64,000 bases of DNA from Lama glama (Eukaryota), in contig CM052816.1 in NCBI GenBank assembly GCA_028534125.1, positions 59,522,001 through 59,586,000 of the forward strand, in the 5' to 3' direction. Positions 47,763 through 61,254 of this stretch are shown one piece after another; the stretch's first letter is position 1, and each line of letters opens with the position of its first letter. The translations under genes were made by a program, and so were the position numbers. Under the pieces are notes generated by a model, which searched no databases, was not told the origin of the DNA, and was given only the letters and a program-made list of their open reading frames with translations.

Positions 47763-50700
47763 GGTTAGGCCTTGGAATAAATAAGGAATGAACTGACTTC
47801 CATTCTTGTTATCTTGTTACATATCTCCATTTTCACCATGCTCCCCCAAATATATTCTAAACACAAACATTTAAATGAGATCTCCGTTCTCCAGGATCTC
47901 ATAGAATTCATTTAGCAAGACCATGTAGATACCTACAAAATGTTAAATAAACAATACAACATAACAAGAAACAAAAATAAAGCAGTGTTAATTGCCAAAT
48001 AAATAGTACAAGCAATCTTGCTAAGTGTTAAGAAATCGAAGAGATCACAGTAAAAATATGAATTTATATACTAAGATAATAGACTGTGAGGGCAGAGATT
48101 TGCTTTTTTGCTTAGCAAGATGCTTAGTAGTTGCTCAAAGTACTCAACAAATACTGCATAAATTCAGGAACAGATTTGGAGAGAGAGATCAAATACTTTC
48201 TAGAAGGTTGGGAGGAATAGCAAAGGTAAAAGTCAGGAGAAAGGACTAGGACTGATATATTCCAACCCCATATAGGAGAGTTGGAGCAGGGGTATAGGGA
48301 AAAGGAGGCTGGGTCACTTGGATTTGCTTTATAGATACCAGCAACACAGATTAGGGCTTCTGTTGGCTCCATCTTAATCCCAATCTGTTCCATTACTTGT
48401 GTGTTTGAATCTGGGGGTGTCTTTAATTGCCCTGCAAGGCAGATGACAAGCATGTGAGCGTGAGTCTGTGTGTGTAGTGGGGGAGTGGAGTGTTGCATTA
48501 TCTAGTCCTCACTGAAGTCTCCTCCTGTTTCTCTGGCCAGAGCCTTGGCTTTTTCTGTTCAGCCTGTGCTGAGATCTCTGGCGGTGTGTGGCAGTGACTC
48601 AGGGATGGGAGGGTGGGAGAGGAGCAGCCCAGCCTGGGCTTGGTCACTGCCTGCTGGGCTCTATCAGGGTCTGCACGTGAAGCCCACATTTGTCTGCATT
48701 CGGGGGATGCAGTTTTGCTGCCATTCTAACTGAGCAGCCACTTACCCTAAAGTGTACAGCAGCTCTAACATGGTGAGTGGTCTGCCCATGGAAAGAGGAC
48801 AAGGCAAGGGGCAGCAAAAGGGTTGCCTGAGTAATGCAGTGTCCTTCTAGCCCTTCCTCCTCTACTTGGCTGGGGCTCTTTCATGGGTCACGCAAGTGGG
48901 GAAAACAAACCCCTCAACTCTCCACCAGGGCCACAGATCTAAGTGCCTTCTTGGGGTCAGAGGCAACACTTAGGCAGAAACAGAGCAGACCAGGACACGT
49001 GTTCCATCCTGCCAGACAGGGAGATTCTTTCCAGGCCTGTACAGCTTGAGGGGCTACTTTTCCAACTTCACTTTCGTTTTCCTTTGGTACCAAAGTCCTT
49101 GTGATACAGAATAGTTAGATCAGGCTGCAGAGCGCCCAGGACGGCTAGACACAAGACACCCAGAGGCCCCAGGGATAAAGTCAGGTTCTGAATAACCCCT
49201 GCCCCCAAACAGCTAGCCTACACCTGGTGGGGAGGGCACCTGGATGCTCAGGTAGTGACCACCTGGGAAGGAGGTGGAGTGACATGACATTGACAGCTTG
49301 CTCCATTAATCCACGAATACGAATTATGCTGATACCCACGGATGTTATGAGAATAGTCACTGTATAACATTAACATGATAGTAACTTGATCCCATGTCCT
49401 CTTTCCGTGGCTGACGATTCTTACCATTATCATGTTTTAAAACAATTCTGCTAAGGCTGGGCTATCTCCATTTTAGAGGGGAGGAAATCAATCAGCCAGG
49501 AAAGTTCACTTACTGACAGCTGAAATGGCCACCACGTTTCCCACTAAAAGAAGTCACACTGTGCGAGATCTGAAGGACATTTACCAAGGCTGACTCATAC
49601 GAAATTGCAGATACACAACAAATTTCTTACACATAAAGATGGCAGTTCCGTAGACTCAACTCAAATCACCAGAGCAGCAGACTGTCCTTTCTACCTTTCA
49701 CAGTGTAAGGCATTCGGGGGCATTAATGTATTTCTCTGGAATAGGCAGACTTGGTTCTCTCTCTACTGCAGAATAGATTTATTTTTCAATTCTAGGAAAG
49801 AAGCCCAGTCTCCCATGCTTGGAAGAATCATGATGCTCAACACGTGATTCCCCAGCCTCTCAGTCTGCAGCCCTGAGAGTCTTCACCCTGGAGGCACAGC
49901 CCTTCCCAGTGGTTGAGCAACTCCTGACCCAGGCAGGGAGGTTATCAGTCTCTCCATGGGTGGAGTCTGGAAGCAGACTGGCTTCCCTGAGCCCAGAGTC
50001 CATGTGTCAAGGATGAGCCCAGGGCACCCCACAGCCATCACTCTGTAATCCACTTCCCAATCCACGCCATGTCCCAGTCTATATAGCTCAGCATCTTCTG
50101 CCTTGCTTTTCTGAGTCACACTCACTCTGTTTTCCTTCTTGAGGTTTAGCTGTGCTGTGAATCCAAGGCAGCTTGGCATCTGATGAGCTTTTCAATCTTT
50201 CATCCTCTGGGACACTAGACTTGTCCCCAATATTCCAGCCACTGGCTGATATTCTGCTTCAAAATGGACAGGTCATCTAGACTCATGGCACTACCTCCTC
50301 CATCTATGGCCAGCTCCCCAGGTGTCACTAGCCCTGATGATGTCAGAGTTTGACATGCCCCTTTGGATATTAACCTTCTCACCTAGAGAGCCCCACCCCT
50401 TTGTGGCTTTCTCCAGAGGTTCAGCATGACTCACAGTATGAGTTTTCTCCCATGGCAGAGATGTGGCCTTCTAGGTGGCCTTCTGAGTCACTCTCGGATG
50501 GGGCAATGACCACTAACAGTTGACTTTGGGTTCCCCTATTCCACTACGTGTTGAGACAGAATTCCATTTTGTGATGGTGATTATGACACGGACACAGACG
50601 GGGGCTGGAAGAAAACCAAATACTAACTAGTAAGAGCAGTAAGGGGAGAGTGAATTATAGAATATATGATGGAGGGGGAAGGGGAACTGATCATGGCTGT

Positions 50701-51137
50701 CGCTGTTACCCTGGGGCAATCCCAGGTGTGGTTAGGCTAGACGTGTGGTGAGAGAAATTGTGGAAAACGTCTTTTATCTACCCAGTTGCTTTACAAACCA
50801 TTTTCCCCCCACAATCAGCTAGGAAGAAACACAATGCGGAAGGGGATTTTGGCATTGGGCTTTGTTGTGCAGTTCAGAAATGCTGTCTACCAGATAACAA
50901 AGTCCTCCTTTCCCTTTCAGACAACAGGAACGATGGAATCATTCCAATTGATCTCATTTTTTTTGCCACAAATATTACAAGGTCATAAATAAACAATAGC
51001 TTATAAACTCATAAAAAGAAAAGAACACACCAAGAGTTTTTACCGGGTAAGCACTAAGCGTTTTTTCCTTCCCCTGATTTTGATTTGAGAAGGGGCACAA
51101 GATCCTGGAAGAACACTGACATAGGAATCATATGACT

Positions 51138-51459
51138 TGTAAAAGATAACTGGGTCATATTAAAAATTTTAGGTCATTTTGAGCAGAAGTTGATTCCAGA
51201 CGGGCTGTGCCAGACTGGAAGCGGTTAGGAGCACTACCAACAGCATCTTGGGAAGGGACTTTTACAGAGAAAAGGCAAGCAAAACAAGGAAAATAAGAAA
51301 AATATTGATCAGCAATGGCTTAAAGCCTAGCTGGCTGCTGTGGCTGGTTGTCCCTAGGCTTGGACGTCCCAACCTTGAGGTGTTATAGGCTTAGATTTTG
51401 GCTTAAGATGACATTAGAACCCCTTAGTCTAATGGCCTCCTCGTTTAATCAATTTAACA
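51138..51459 (-). mobile_element. Probable ERV1-class solo LTR inserted into a MIR
   Basis: TG...CA bounded (tgtaaaaga...aatttaaca); MIR-like sequence resumes after it (ggcctcagtttgctcatt); family not identified. Confidence 0.55.
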
Positions 51460-51714
51460 TGATCCAGGTCCCTACTCTGTCCTTAACTAAGCCCATCACC
51501 TCTGGTGGCCTCAGTTTGCTCATTAACAGAATGTGAGGTTAGACAGATAATTCTGAGGGCAGACTCGACTGCCCCCCGTCAGTCAGTGCGGGATGGTACT
51601 GCACCCTGAACTCCTCTAGCATGCATTCTTAATACACCCTACCCCATTCTGTGGCTACTAACACACACATTTCGACGAGGCTTAGATCTAGACAGAAGGC
51701 TGGATTCATGTATT

Positions 51715-52560
51715 AGATTTTCAAAAATATTTTCTTATTTTGAAGATTTCAAACATATTGAACAAAACAGTAACAGATTAAAACTCCAGGTACCTATCAC
51801 TCCAAATGAAAATTTAACATTTTGTAATATTTGTTTCAATTTTTTAAAAAATTAAAAATTATTATGGTTTTCCTATCCTCCTTAGAGGTAACTGCTACCT
51901 TGAGGTTGGTAAGTATTAGTTCTGTCCATATTATAATGCACTGAATACCTGCAGATGTATCCATGCAAAACAGAGTGTTGTTTCTTGCATTTAAAATTTT
52001 ATATAGTGTCAAACTGTTTATATCAATCTGCAACTTGCTTCTTGCTCTTAAATTTACAATTTTGAGACTTATCCATATCGATACTCCAGGACCCATGATG
52101 TAGTTCTAATTCATCCATTTCAACTGTCATACAGAATTTCATAGTATAGACATCCTATAATTTATTTATTCACCTGTTTGATGGCCATGTAGGGTATTTC
52201 CATTTTTTAATTATGACAAATGATGCTGCTGTGAACATTTTGTGCATGTCTCCTCGTGCACCTGTGCAAGAATTTCTCTAAAGCACATACACAGGGGTGG
52301 AATTTCTGGGGTGCAGTGAAGGAAAAGATTCAACTTCACCATGATTTGACAAAATGTTCTTCAGAGCAGGTATACCAAATAATCCTCCCAAGAGTTGCTG
52401 ACTTCTCCCCGGATTCTTGTTGAACTCGGCACTATAAAACTTGGAACCTGCTCCCAGTCTGACAGGTATAACATGTTACCCCATTGTGGCGTTAATGTGC
52501 ATTTGCATATTCATGTATTTCTTGTCCATTTAGATTTCTTTTCCTGGGAATTTTATATGC
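51715..52560 (-). mobile_element. Old L1 (L1ME-type) 3' region
   Basis: agaggtaactgctaccttgagg, tgctgctgtgaacattttgtgcatgtctcctcgtgcacctgtgcaagaatttctcta, gtggaatttctggg. Confidence 0.85.
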
Positions 52561-52567
52561 TCCTATC

Positions 52568-52655
52568 TGCATCAATCAGAGTCCCAGCAGGAAATAGATG
52601 GCATACTCAAATTAGAAATAATTTAAAGGGACTGTTTACAAAGGTGAAGGCAAGG
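52568..52655 (-). mobile_element. ERVL-class LTR end fragment
   Basis: tgcatcaatcagagtcccagcaggaaatagatggcatactcaaa...gggactgtttacaaaggtg. Confidence 0.55.
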
Positions 52656-53039
52656 TTTTTTTTTTTTTATGGTTAAGGGACTCTACTAGTTCTAGTTTGC
52701 TATAAATGTTTTTATTTTTTATTTGTTGAGAGAGAATGACATCTGTTTCATATCATTTTAAAGGTCTCCTTTCTTTTCCTTTCCACTTTACTCCTGGCAG
52801 TAGGATTGTGCAAATGGTTCTGGGACAGCAGGCATGTTTGAATTATCCCTCCAAAAAGGGTACCACCAGTTGAGTATCCAAGAAAAATCCCTCAATCCTG
52901 CTTTCTTCATTTGCAAAATACGTTGTACATCTTTTCAAAATATGTTGTGCACCCTCTCATGTAGAGTATTTCTATTCATTCATTTGAAATTATCTCTCTC
53001 TCTTCCTTCTACTTTTCCTCCTTCCTTCCTTTCCTCTTT

Positions 53040-54040
53040 GAAGTCAGTCAAACTTGGGTCCAAATTCCAGCTCTGTCACTTAGCCTCTCCAAGCTACAAT
53101 CATGCTACAATAGCTTCCTTGTCTGTAGGAGAGTAATAGTCTCTACCATGAACATACATAATACATATGCATAGACACATATACAGACATACGACTAACA
53201 AACACATGCAAACTGGGCACACAGCAGATACTCAGCAAATGGTCCCTCTTTGTTGCTGCTATGGTTAAGCACCTACTACATGCATAGAACAGGCACCAAG
53301 GATAGGAGATAAATAAGGCAGAGAGTCTGCTTTACAGAAGCATTTAGACTTCCTTATGGACCAAGAAGTACAATGATGTGTTCTAGTCACCAAGACAAAA
53401 GTCTGCAGAAGGTGAAAATGGAGATGAAGGGAGGAAACTGGGAGGACGTCCATAACGATCTTTAAGAGGAGATGACAGTGAAGCAAAAGCTAATGAACAG
53501 GTATCTCCCAGGCAGATGGGAGAGGGGCTTCTCCAAGCAGAGACAGCAGTATGAGCAAAGCAGTATGTGTGAAGTAGCCCATCATACTTAGAAGCAAGCA
53601 GTTTGGTACATACAGTGCAAGTCAGGAGAAGGATGGTTGGGAAAATGTGAAGTAGGAAAGAGGGGGTGGGTAGAGGCTTTTAAATGATATTATATGGAAA
53701 ATGCATTTTGAATAAAGTCCTGTACACATGAAAAGCTACTGAAGAGTTCAGAGTAATATAATCTGACTTGCATTTTGGAAAAAAATTATTCTAGCATCAT
53801 TTGGCAAACTAAAAGGATTTGCAGAGTGTTTAAGGGTCTCTGCTCCGTGGACTGACAGAGTTGGAATCCTTGGTCTCCCCACTTACTAGTTTTGTCAATT
53901 TTGGCAATTTATTTAACCTCCCCAAGCCTTAATGCCTCTCTCTGTAAAATGGAAATAATTATACAGTTATCTCATAGAGTTGTTGGAAGATTTGATGACA
54001 TAATTCACACAAAGCACTCGCAGAAAGCCTGGCATCTAGT
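53040..54040. mobile_element. Cluster: MIR (+, ~53040-53240), L2 (-, ~53265-53805), MIR (+, ~53820-54040)
   Basis: gggtccaaattccagctctgtcactta; taagcacctactacatgc; ccacttactag...tctgtaaaatggaaataat...ctcatagagttgttg. Confidence 0.75.
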
Positions 54041-55589
54041 CATCAAAGTTGGGGAGTAGAACCCCAGGAGCCTTCCTGAGTCTGTGAGTCTCTGGACCCG
54101 ACCTGCTCTAGCCCAGAGGAGAACTGACTCTTTTGAATTGCCCCAGTCCTCTGTATCAAGGTCGACACTACTCCAGGTTGGTTATGGGGCTGAGTTAATT
54201 CTGGAAAGGAAAACACAAAATAAAACAGAAATAAAAGACAATATCAATTGACAGAGTTTACGATCTCTTTGTGTGATGGAACAGAATGTACTAAAAAAGA
54301 TTTCAGAATATTTAAAATGCAAAGATGCCAAGTGGGCATAATACTAAGTGGAAGGACATTAAGAGAATGAATACAGTTAATGTGACCTCTCTCTGGGAAC
54401 CACTGCCGGATGAGTCAGTCATGGACATTGTGTAATTCATCTTTATGACTTGCATCCAAGGAAAATGCTCAGCGCCGGGCTAAATATTCCATCTTGAACA
54501 TCTAAATTCAAGACCAGTGAATGGCCTTCCTATCCATAATGGCCTGGTCCTTGCTGCAGAATGGGAATCCTGGAGAAAGGATGGAAGTAGAAGAATGGAA
54601 ATGGTGTAATTGGAAATACTTCTCTTCCTGGCATTTCTTCTCTAGTCTGGTATTCACCCTATTCCAACAGACGTTAACATGGCTCACAGTTCTTTGGAAA
54701 ATTTATAGGCATTTCCACCACGAAGCTCAGTTAGCTTGAATGGTATTGGGAATTTTGTCTGGAGAATAAAGTTTTAAGAGAAATTATTTCCAATGGTTCT
54801 AGGAGAGAAGAATAGATGCCCCTGAAGAAACTGATGTAAATCTGTATTTCTGCACATTATAGTTGGTCAGTCTCCTGCCAGAACAGGAACTTCAGGGATG
54901 CCCTCAGACTCCAGCTAATACCTGTGTGTGTCTGCTAAACAACTGGAGCCTCTTTGACAATGACCCTCAGACAGGATGATTTGCTAACTGGTTTGGGCTC
55001 CCGTCAGGATGTGCTTCTTTTGAGTTTTTGTGGGAGACTATTTTTGTTTTGTTTTGTTTTATTTTTCAAAGTGAAGTGAAATCATTCAAGGAAAAGAGAG
55101 TCAGAGCATGTATATACGCGTGTGGTTGCAGACAGGGACAGATTCTGAACAGGGTGCCCCTCAACTCATACATCTTGTGCAAACGTGTACAGCTGGGCAA
55201 GGTCTATGATCTTGGGCAAGTCCCTTTGCCTCTTTAGCTTCAGATCCTCATGCTAAAAAAACGGGGTTGGGTCAGCAGGTTCCTAAATCCCCTTTCAGTT
55301 TCAAAGGCTATGAATTTCTCTTATTTGCCACTGCTTATAGATGCTTAAAATCAAACAAAAATCTACACTTATTTTCTAAGAAATGTATTTACCAGCTTCA
55401 CAAAAAGGAATCAAAGAATAGAAAACAGGAACAGCAACTCTACTGAAAAAGATTTTTACTTGTTAAGGGTGAATGGGATAATGTAAGGCAAATATGTCCT
55501 TGGATGAAAATTTATAGAGACAGTGATTCTTACAGGATGGGGAATAAAGGAAGGGGTGGGGTGGGGTGAGGGCAAACCATGCCTGTAGG

Positions 55590-55765
55590 TTAAATCTGGC
55601 ACACTGTCTGTTTTCAGCAGAGAAGTCACGGACGAAGATCTGCGTTTTGGAGAATTCCTTCCAGCACAGTGGAGGATGTTGACTGGATGGGAAAGACAGA
55701 TCAGTGTGAAGGGGATCCTTGGAGTAAGGGCAAGAAATAGAAAGAGCCTGGACCTGGGCAACAGC
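55590..55765 (-). mobile_element. LINE-2 fragment
   Basis: Reverse complement catcctccactgtgctggaaggaattctccaaaacgcagatcttcgtccgtgacttctctgctgaaaa follows the L2 consensus. Confidence 0.6.
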
Positions 55766-55779
55766 CACCTTGCCTTACA

Positions 55780-55928
55780 ACTGAAATTTTACTGGAACGT
55801 GGCCAAGTTCATCCATTTAGATTTTGTCGACAGAGTCAGAGCTGAGTCGTTGCCATAGAGACCACATAGCCCATAAAGCCTAAAATGTTTATTTTTTGAT
55901 TCTTGACAGAAAAGTTGGCCAACCCCTA
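55780..55928 (+). mobile_element. MER58A 3' portion
   Basis: aaattttactggaac...cagagctgagtcgttgccatagagaccacatagcccataaagcctaaaatgtt...cagaaaagttggccaacccct. Confidence 0.8.
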
Positions 55929-57969
55929 CTTTAGGAAATCAAAGTAGTTTCTCTGAATGAGTATTCGTGGAGCTCCTTGGATTCAAGAGTGCTTTACTTG
56001 GGGAAGAGTTTGGGAAGCTCCCTCCAACCTGATGACTCAGCAAGGATCATGTCTTGACTCTACTTTTCATGGGTGTGGTCATTGCATCTCGAATTCTGAC
56101 TCACACTGGCTTTTCAGGGGGCTCTAGAGTTCTAACTGATTCCATGCAACAAACACCTTTTTTTCTGGAATGATATCAGACATTTTAGGTGAGAGAGCTT
56201 TTGGAGCAGGGGATTTAAGTCTTTCTTGAAGAAAGTGCCCAGCTACATGCTGCTGTGATGCAGAAGACCAGCCCTGGTGAAGGATGTGGCCAAGGGGGTG
56301 GCTGGTGTAAGGCAGGGTGGCTGCTGCTTTTGTCCAAGCCTTTATCATTTCTTGCCCTGACTCCCAGGATCCCTTTAATTTTATTTCTTTTAATTTTTAA
56401 TTTTAACTTCCTTCTGTCCCCCTTCACATACCCTCTGGCTGATCCTAAATTCCATCAGGGCAGGATCTGAGTGCAATTTCTGTTTTTGTCCACTGTCGTC
56501 CTCTTCCTTTTTTTTTTTTTTTTAAATAACAAAGATGCTGAAGGTGTTGTCTGCTAGACAGGGAAGGGCCCCCATCTGTCTCACTGATTTCTGTATTGCC
56601 AAGGCCAGTAATGCTGGTATAGAGTATGCCTTCAAACACAGAGTGAATGAATGAATAAATAAACAAATGCTGTTTTCTTTAATTAAAACTATTTTTAAAC
56701 TAAAAAAGGGTTGAAACAAAATTTGTATTTAGCTTAAAGGGTATTGTCATAAAGATAAAAGAAAAAAGATTCTGAGAAACTTGGGTTCTAGTCCAAGATC
56801 TGCAGCTATGTGACATCAAGGAAGTTACTTTCAAGTCCCAGTTTCTTCATATGTTTAAAAAAAAAAAGAAAGAAAGAAAAGGAAAGTAGTCTCCAGGAAC
56901 TTTAAATTCCTTTCCAGCTTTAATGTTCTTATTTGGTTTTGATTCTCTCTCTAAGTCTTCTTTTGATGCCTCATGCCAATTAGCTACAGCATCAGGATAC
57001 CTTAAATATCACAATGAGTCAAACAGGAATTTGTCCTTTGGAAAGTTTTAATAGAAGTCTTAGAAGGGGCTTAGAGAAGGGAAGGTGGTTCCTAATTAAT
57101 TTGAATTTTATGGTGATCACAGGCAAAAGTATTAGAAAAGTATACTAGCTTAGGGGAAATGGGTGAGAGAAAGAAAAAAAAATGAGAGCGTGAGTGTGAA
57201 GACAATGGGATAACACATCAGTTCCTCCCATGACTATCTTTTCACATATGCAGGTGACCCGACACTCCCAAGTGTAAATTAGGAGTTCAACTCGTGGTGG
57301 GGGGGGGTGTATTAAACATCTACACTTTCCAATTTTGGAAAAGATAAGTCTCTTAGTCTCCCCACTTTCTCTTTCTCCTCCCACTTCCCTCTACTTCATT
57401 TATTTTTTTCCAGGGTGACTCCATACAGTCCAGAGTATTGTCCGCTCAGCTCCTACATCTCTGGTCCATTTAGTGCATATTCCATTTAATGAGGGTTCAA
57501 AGATTAATAAGGCAAATACATTAAAATGCTCTTGGCTTAGTAGAAAGGCCTTTTCAGCTGGCTGGGAAGTTATGATTCTGTGCAACTCAGGGACTCCCAG
57601 GAGAAGGGCCAGTGCTCCATTTACTGGGCCTTTCCCTGACTGTGTCTGTGCTCCAGGCCACAAGGGCACTTCCCTCGTGAGACAGTGGGGAGGAGCCATT
57701 TTGCTTCCATAGCATGTGAAATTTCCAGCAGATTTTATTTTAGAAAAGATCAAGGCTCTAAAGAAGAAAGAGCCTTGACTGGCAGACGGCCCCATAAATC
57801 CATAATCCATACTGTCTGTGCACTTGGTATTCAGTGGGAGGCCCCTTCACAGTTTTAATTGTCAGGATCATTTCCTATTAAGAGAAAGTAGCTCTTCAGA
57901 AGATCCATTTCCCACCATTAAAAGAAACCAGTCAATCAATAGGAATAAAAAAAAAGTAATAAACTGATA

Positions 57970-59030
57970 GGCTTTATTTTTTAGAGCAGTTTTGTCTTTA
58001 TGGAAAAACTTAGGAGAAAACAGGGAGCATACTCATATTTCCCCCTGCCATGCCTGCTGATTTTCCCTATTAACATCTTGCATTAACTCTACTTGTTACA
58101 GCTGATGAATGAATATTGATACATTATGTTAAATAAAGTCCATACTTTGCATTAGGGTTCACTCTTGTGTTGTACTGTTTGTTCTATGGCTTTTGACAAA
58201 TGTAATGACATGTGTCTACCATTACAGAATCATACAGAGTTGTTCCACTGCCCTAAAAAATCCCTTGTGCTCTGTCTCCTTATCCCCCTCTCTTTTTCTC
58301 CCTCCCCCTGAGCCCTGACAACCACTTTTTACTGTCTCTACAGATCTGCCTTTTCCATAATGTTCTATAGTTGGAATTATACAGTACATAGCCTTTTCAA
58401 ACTGGCTTCTTTCACTTAGCTGTATGATTTGAGGTTCCTCCAGGTCTTTTGTGGCTTGATAACTCATTTCTTTTTATACCTGAATATTCCATTGTATGAA
58501 TATTCCACAGTTTGCTTATCCATTCATCTTATGAAGGACATCTTGACTGCTTTCAAGTTTTGGCAATTATGAATAACGATACTGTAAGCATTAGTGTGCT
58601 GGCTTTTATGTGGATATAAGTTTTCAACTCATTTGAGTAAATATCAAGGAGTGCAATCGCTGGATTATATAGTAAGAATATACTTAGCTTTGTAAGAACC
58701 TGTCAAGCTGTCTTCCAAAGTGGCTGTACCATTTTGCATTTCCGCCAGCAGTCAATGAGAGTTCCTGTTGCTCCATTTCCTCACCAGAATTTGGTGTTGT
58801 GTGTGTTCTGGATCTGGGCCATTCTAACAGACATATAGTGGTATCTCACTGCACTTTTAATTTGCAATTCCCTAAGGACAAATGATGTTAAGCATCTCTT
58901 CATAAGCTTTTTTGCCATTTGTATATCTTTATGATGAGGTGTCTATTAAGATTTTTTGCCCATTTTAAAACTGGATTGTTTGTTTTCTTCCTGTTGACAT
59001 TAAGAGTACTTTGTATGCTTTGACCAGTAG
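57970..59030 (-). mobile_element. L1MC-type 3' region
   Basis: ctttattttttagagcagtttt...cattagggttcactcttgtgttgtac...ttccaaagtggctgtaccattttgcatt...cagcagtcaatgagagttcctgttgctcca. Confidence 0.92.
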
Positions 59031-59799
59031 GTTTTAATGAGCTCCTTCTGCTGTGACTATACTCATGGGAGCTACAGAGTGTACAAAGTATATCCTGCCC
59101 TCATTGGGCTCATCAAGTAGCTGAAAATCAGCACCAAAATTAACATACATCAAACAGAGAAGAGCACAAAACAATAGGTAATTAGTCACTGTAAACACAT
59201 TAATTTTAGTTTGTGAGCTACAATATGAAGTCTGTAGATCTATTTTATAGTCTTTTAAGTAGAGTGGAGTGTCATGAGTTGTTTTGTTTTGTTTTTTTTG
59301 CATATTTCATGGTTTTCTAGATCGCTTTCCTCTACTCCACACTCATAAATTGGCAATTTAGAGGCTAGCGTTTGATGTTATTGGTGGAAGAGCACTCATT
59401 TTTAGACATTTTCTAAAACCTGTCTTATAATAAAAGTTTATTTCAGGCTTCCAGACAGAGAGTTTTATATTTAATATCCTGGGTTATGTCAGTGAAAGCT
59501 GATAAGATTTTTCAATTAGTGAGTATTTTTGTTTGTTTTGGTTTGTTGTTGTTGTTGTTTGTTTTTCTGAGAAAGGTGACCTTGAAAAAGGAAAGCAAGG
59601 CTAGGAAAGGGGCATCCTGCTGATCTTAAAAGGGAGAAAATCAGAAATGTCTGCCCCGCTGATATTATAAAAGAAAAAAAAGATTTCTTGGAAAACCTTC
59701 TCTCCTGTCCTATTAAGGCAATAAGGTGAACTTAGCGGAAACTGAATGGCAGCACTTAACCAACCTTCTCTTCCAGGAATAACAATCCATCACACTGGC

Positions 59800-59975
59800 T
59801 TAGCACTTCCCAATTCCCAAAGCATTATTTCATTTATCCTCACCCTATGTAGCAATAATAATGAGTTTAGTTTTATACATGGGAACACAGTCTAAGAAAG
59901 GCCAAGGGATTTGTTGAAGAATGTACCACAGATTTCGTCTTGAACTAGGGTATTTGACTCTGAGTCCAATGCTCT
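59800..59975 (-). mobile_element. MIR SINE remnant
   Basis: ttcatttatcctcac...gttttatacatgggaacac...tttgactctgagtccaatgctct. Confidence 0.6.
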
Positions 59976-60219
59976 AGAGTGAAGTTCTGTCTTTGTCTTA
60001 AGGTCTGGGTTTACCACTGAGGATCACTACCTAAGCATCACTAAGTGATGCTGCCTCAAAAAGAGGAAGTCTAGATCACTAAATCATGTTTTGATTGTGC
60101 CTTATAGTTAGCTCTAGTAGACCTACTTGTTTATATTAATTATGTCTGTCATATTTATTTGTAGGCAGATTCCTATATTGAATTCATGGACTTAAAGGAC
60201 TTTTCAGATTTAGTATAAC

Positions 60220-60495
60220 CAAAGATATAGAAAATATTCATTGGCTATATTAAGTGAAATTAAGTGAAAAAAAACAAAACAAAATGACTAGATGACCCTA
60301 ATTTTGCTGTGTAAACATGTACTATACTTAAGAAATAATATTGGAAAATTATAAACAAAAAAGTTAATAGATACAATGTCTGGGTGATAGGATTATGGAT
60401 AATTTTAAATGATTTGTTTTTCACATTTTTTATTTTCCACATTTTCTACAATGACATGTTAATTTTGTAATAACATGTTACTTTTGTAATTAGGG
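60220..60495 (+). mobile_element. Old L1 (L1MC4/L1ME-type) 3' terminus
   Basis: tctgggtgataggattatggataattttaa...cattttctacaatgacatgtt..ttttgtaat; 19-bp tandem duplication at 60454-60490. Confidence 0.7.
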
Positions 60496-61254
60496 CAAAG
60501 ATAAAAGATAAATCAATGTCATTAAAAGTTACTATAACCTTCTCTGCTGGAAGTGGGCTGACGTTAGCTGGGAGCCAACATTTCTATCATCCTTCTCTAT
60601 GGGAAGAAGCCATGATGAGGAAACAAAATGGGAAATCTGGTGACTGAGCAGCAGAGGCATGTCCATCCGGTCCTTGCCTCCCCAGGACCCCTCAGGGCAA
60701 CATCGAAGTCAAACTGTGTTGGGTGGAGATTTTACCCAACACTTAGGAAGCGAAATTGTTGGATGGTGAGTTTAAGTCAGGTCTAAACATAACTAGAGAA
60801 ACAAAATTCACTTTCAAAAGGCAGAAGGCAAGAGTAGACACACAGCCAGATACTCAGCAAGGGCTGAGCAAAACTGGAAGAAGGCAGGGGGCAAAAAATA
60901 GGAGCAAAACTGGCAGGAAAATGAGGAGGTTTGGGCAATTGCTGTGAGCAGACCTGCAGTGCCTGCAGGGCTTCTGGCAGAGCTGGCTGGTTGGGTATCT
61001 TGTCCTTGGGCTGGGATGGGGGAGAGGGAAACATTCTGTCTAAGAGGCAAGACCACAGGCTTGTGTGTCATGAAACTGGATATAAACCTATACATACTAT
61101 ATATTAATAATATATGCATATAATGTAATTAAGACAATCCATTTGCAATTATCAAAAGCCTTTGCTGGAAGAGACTTGAGTCCTAGGTATTGTAATTTGA
61201 GGGATAGAGGAAATCATGCCATTAGAGATTTATTACCATGTGTTAAAATTCTGG

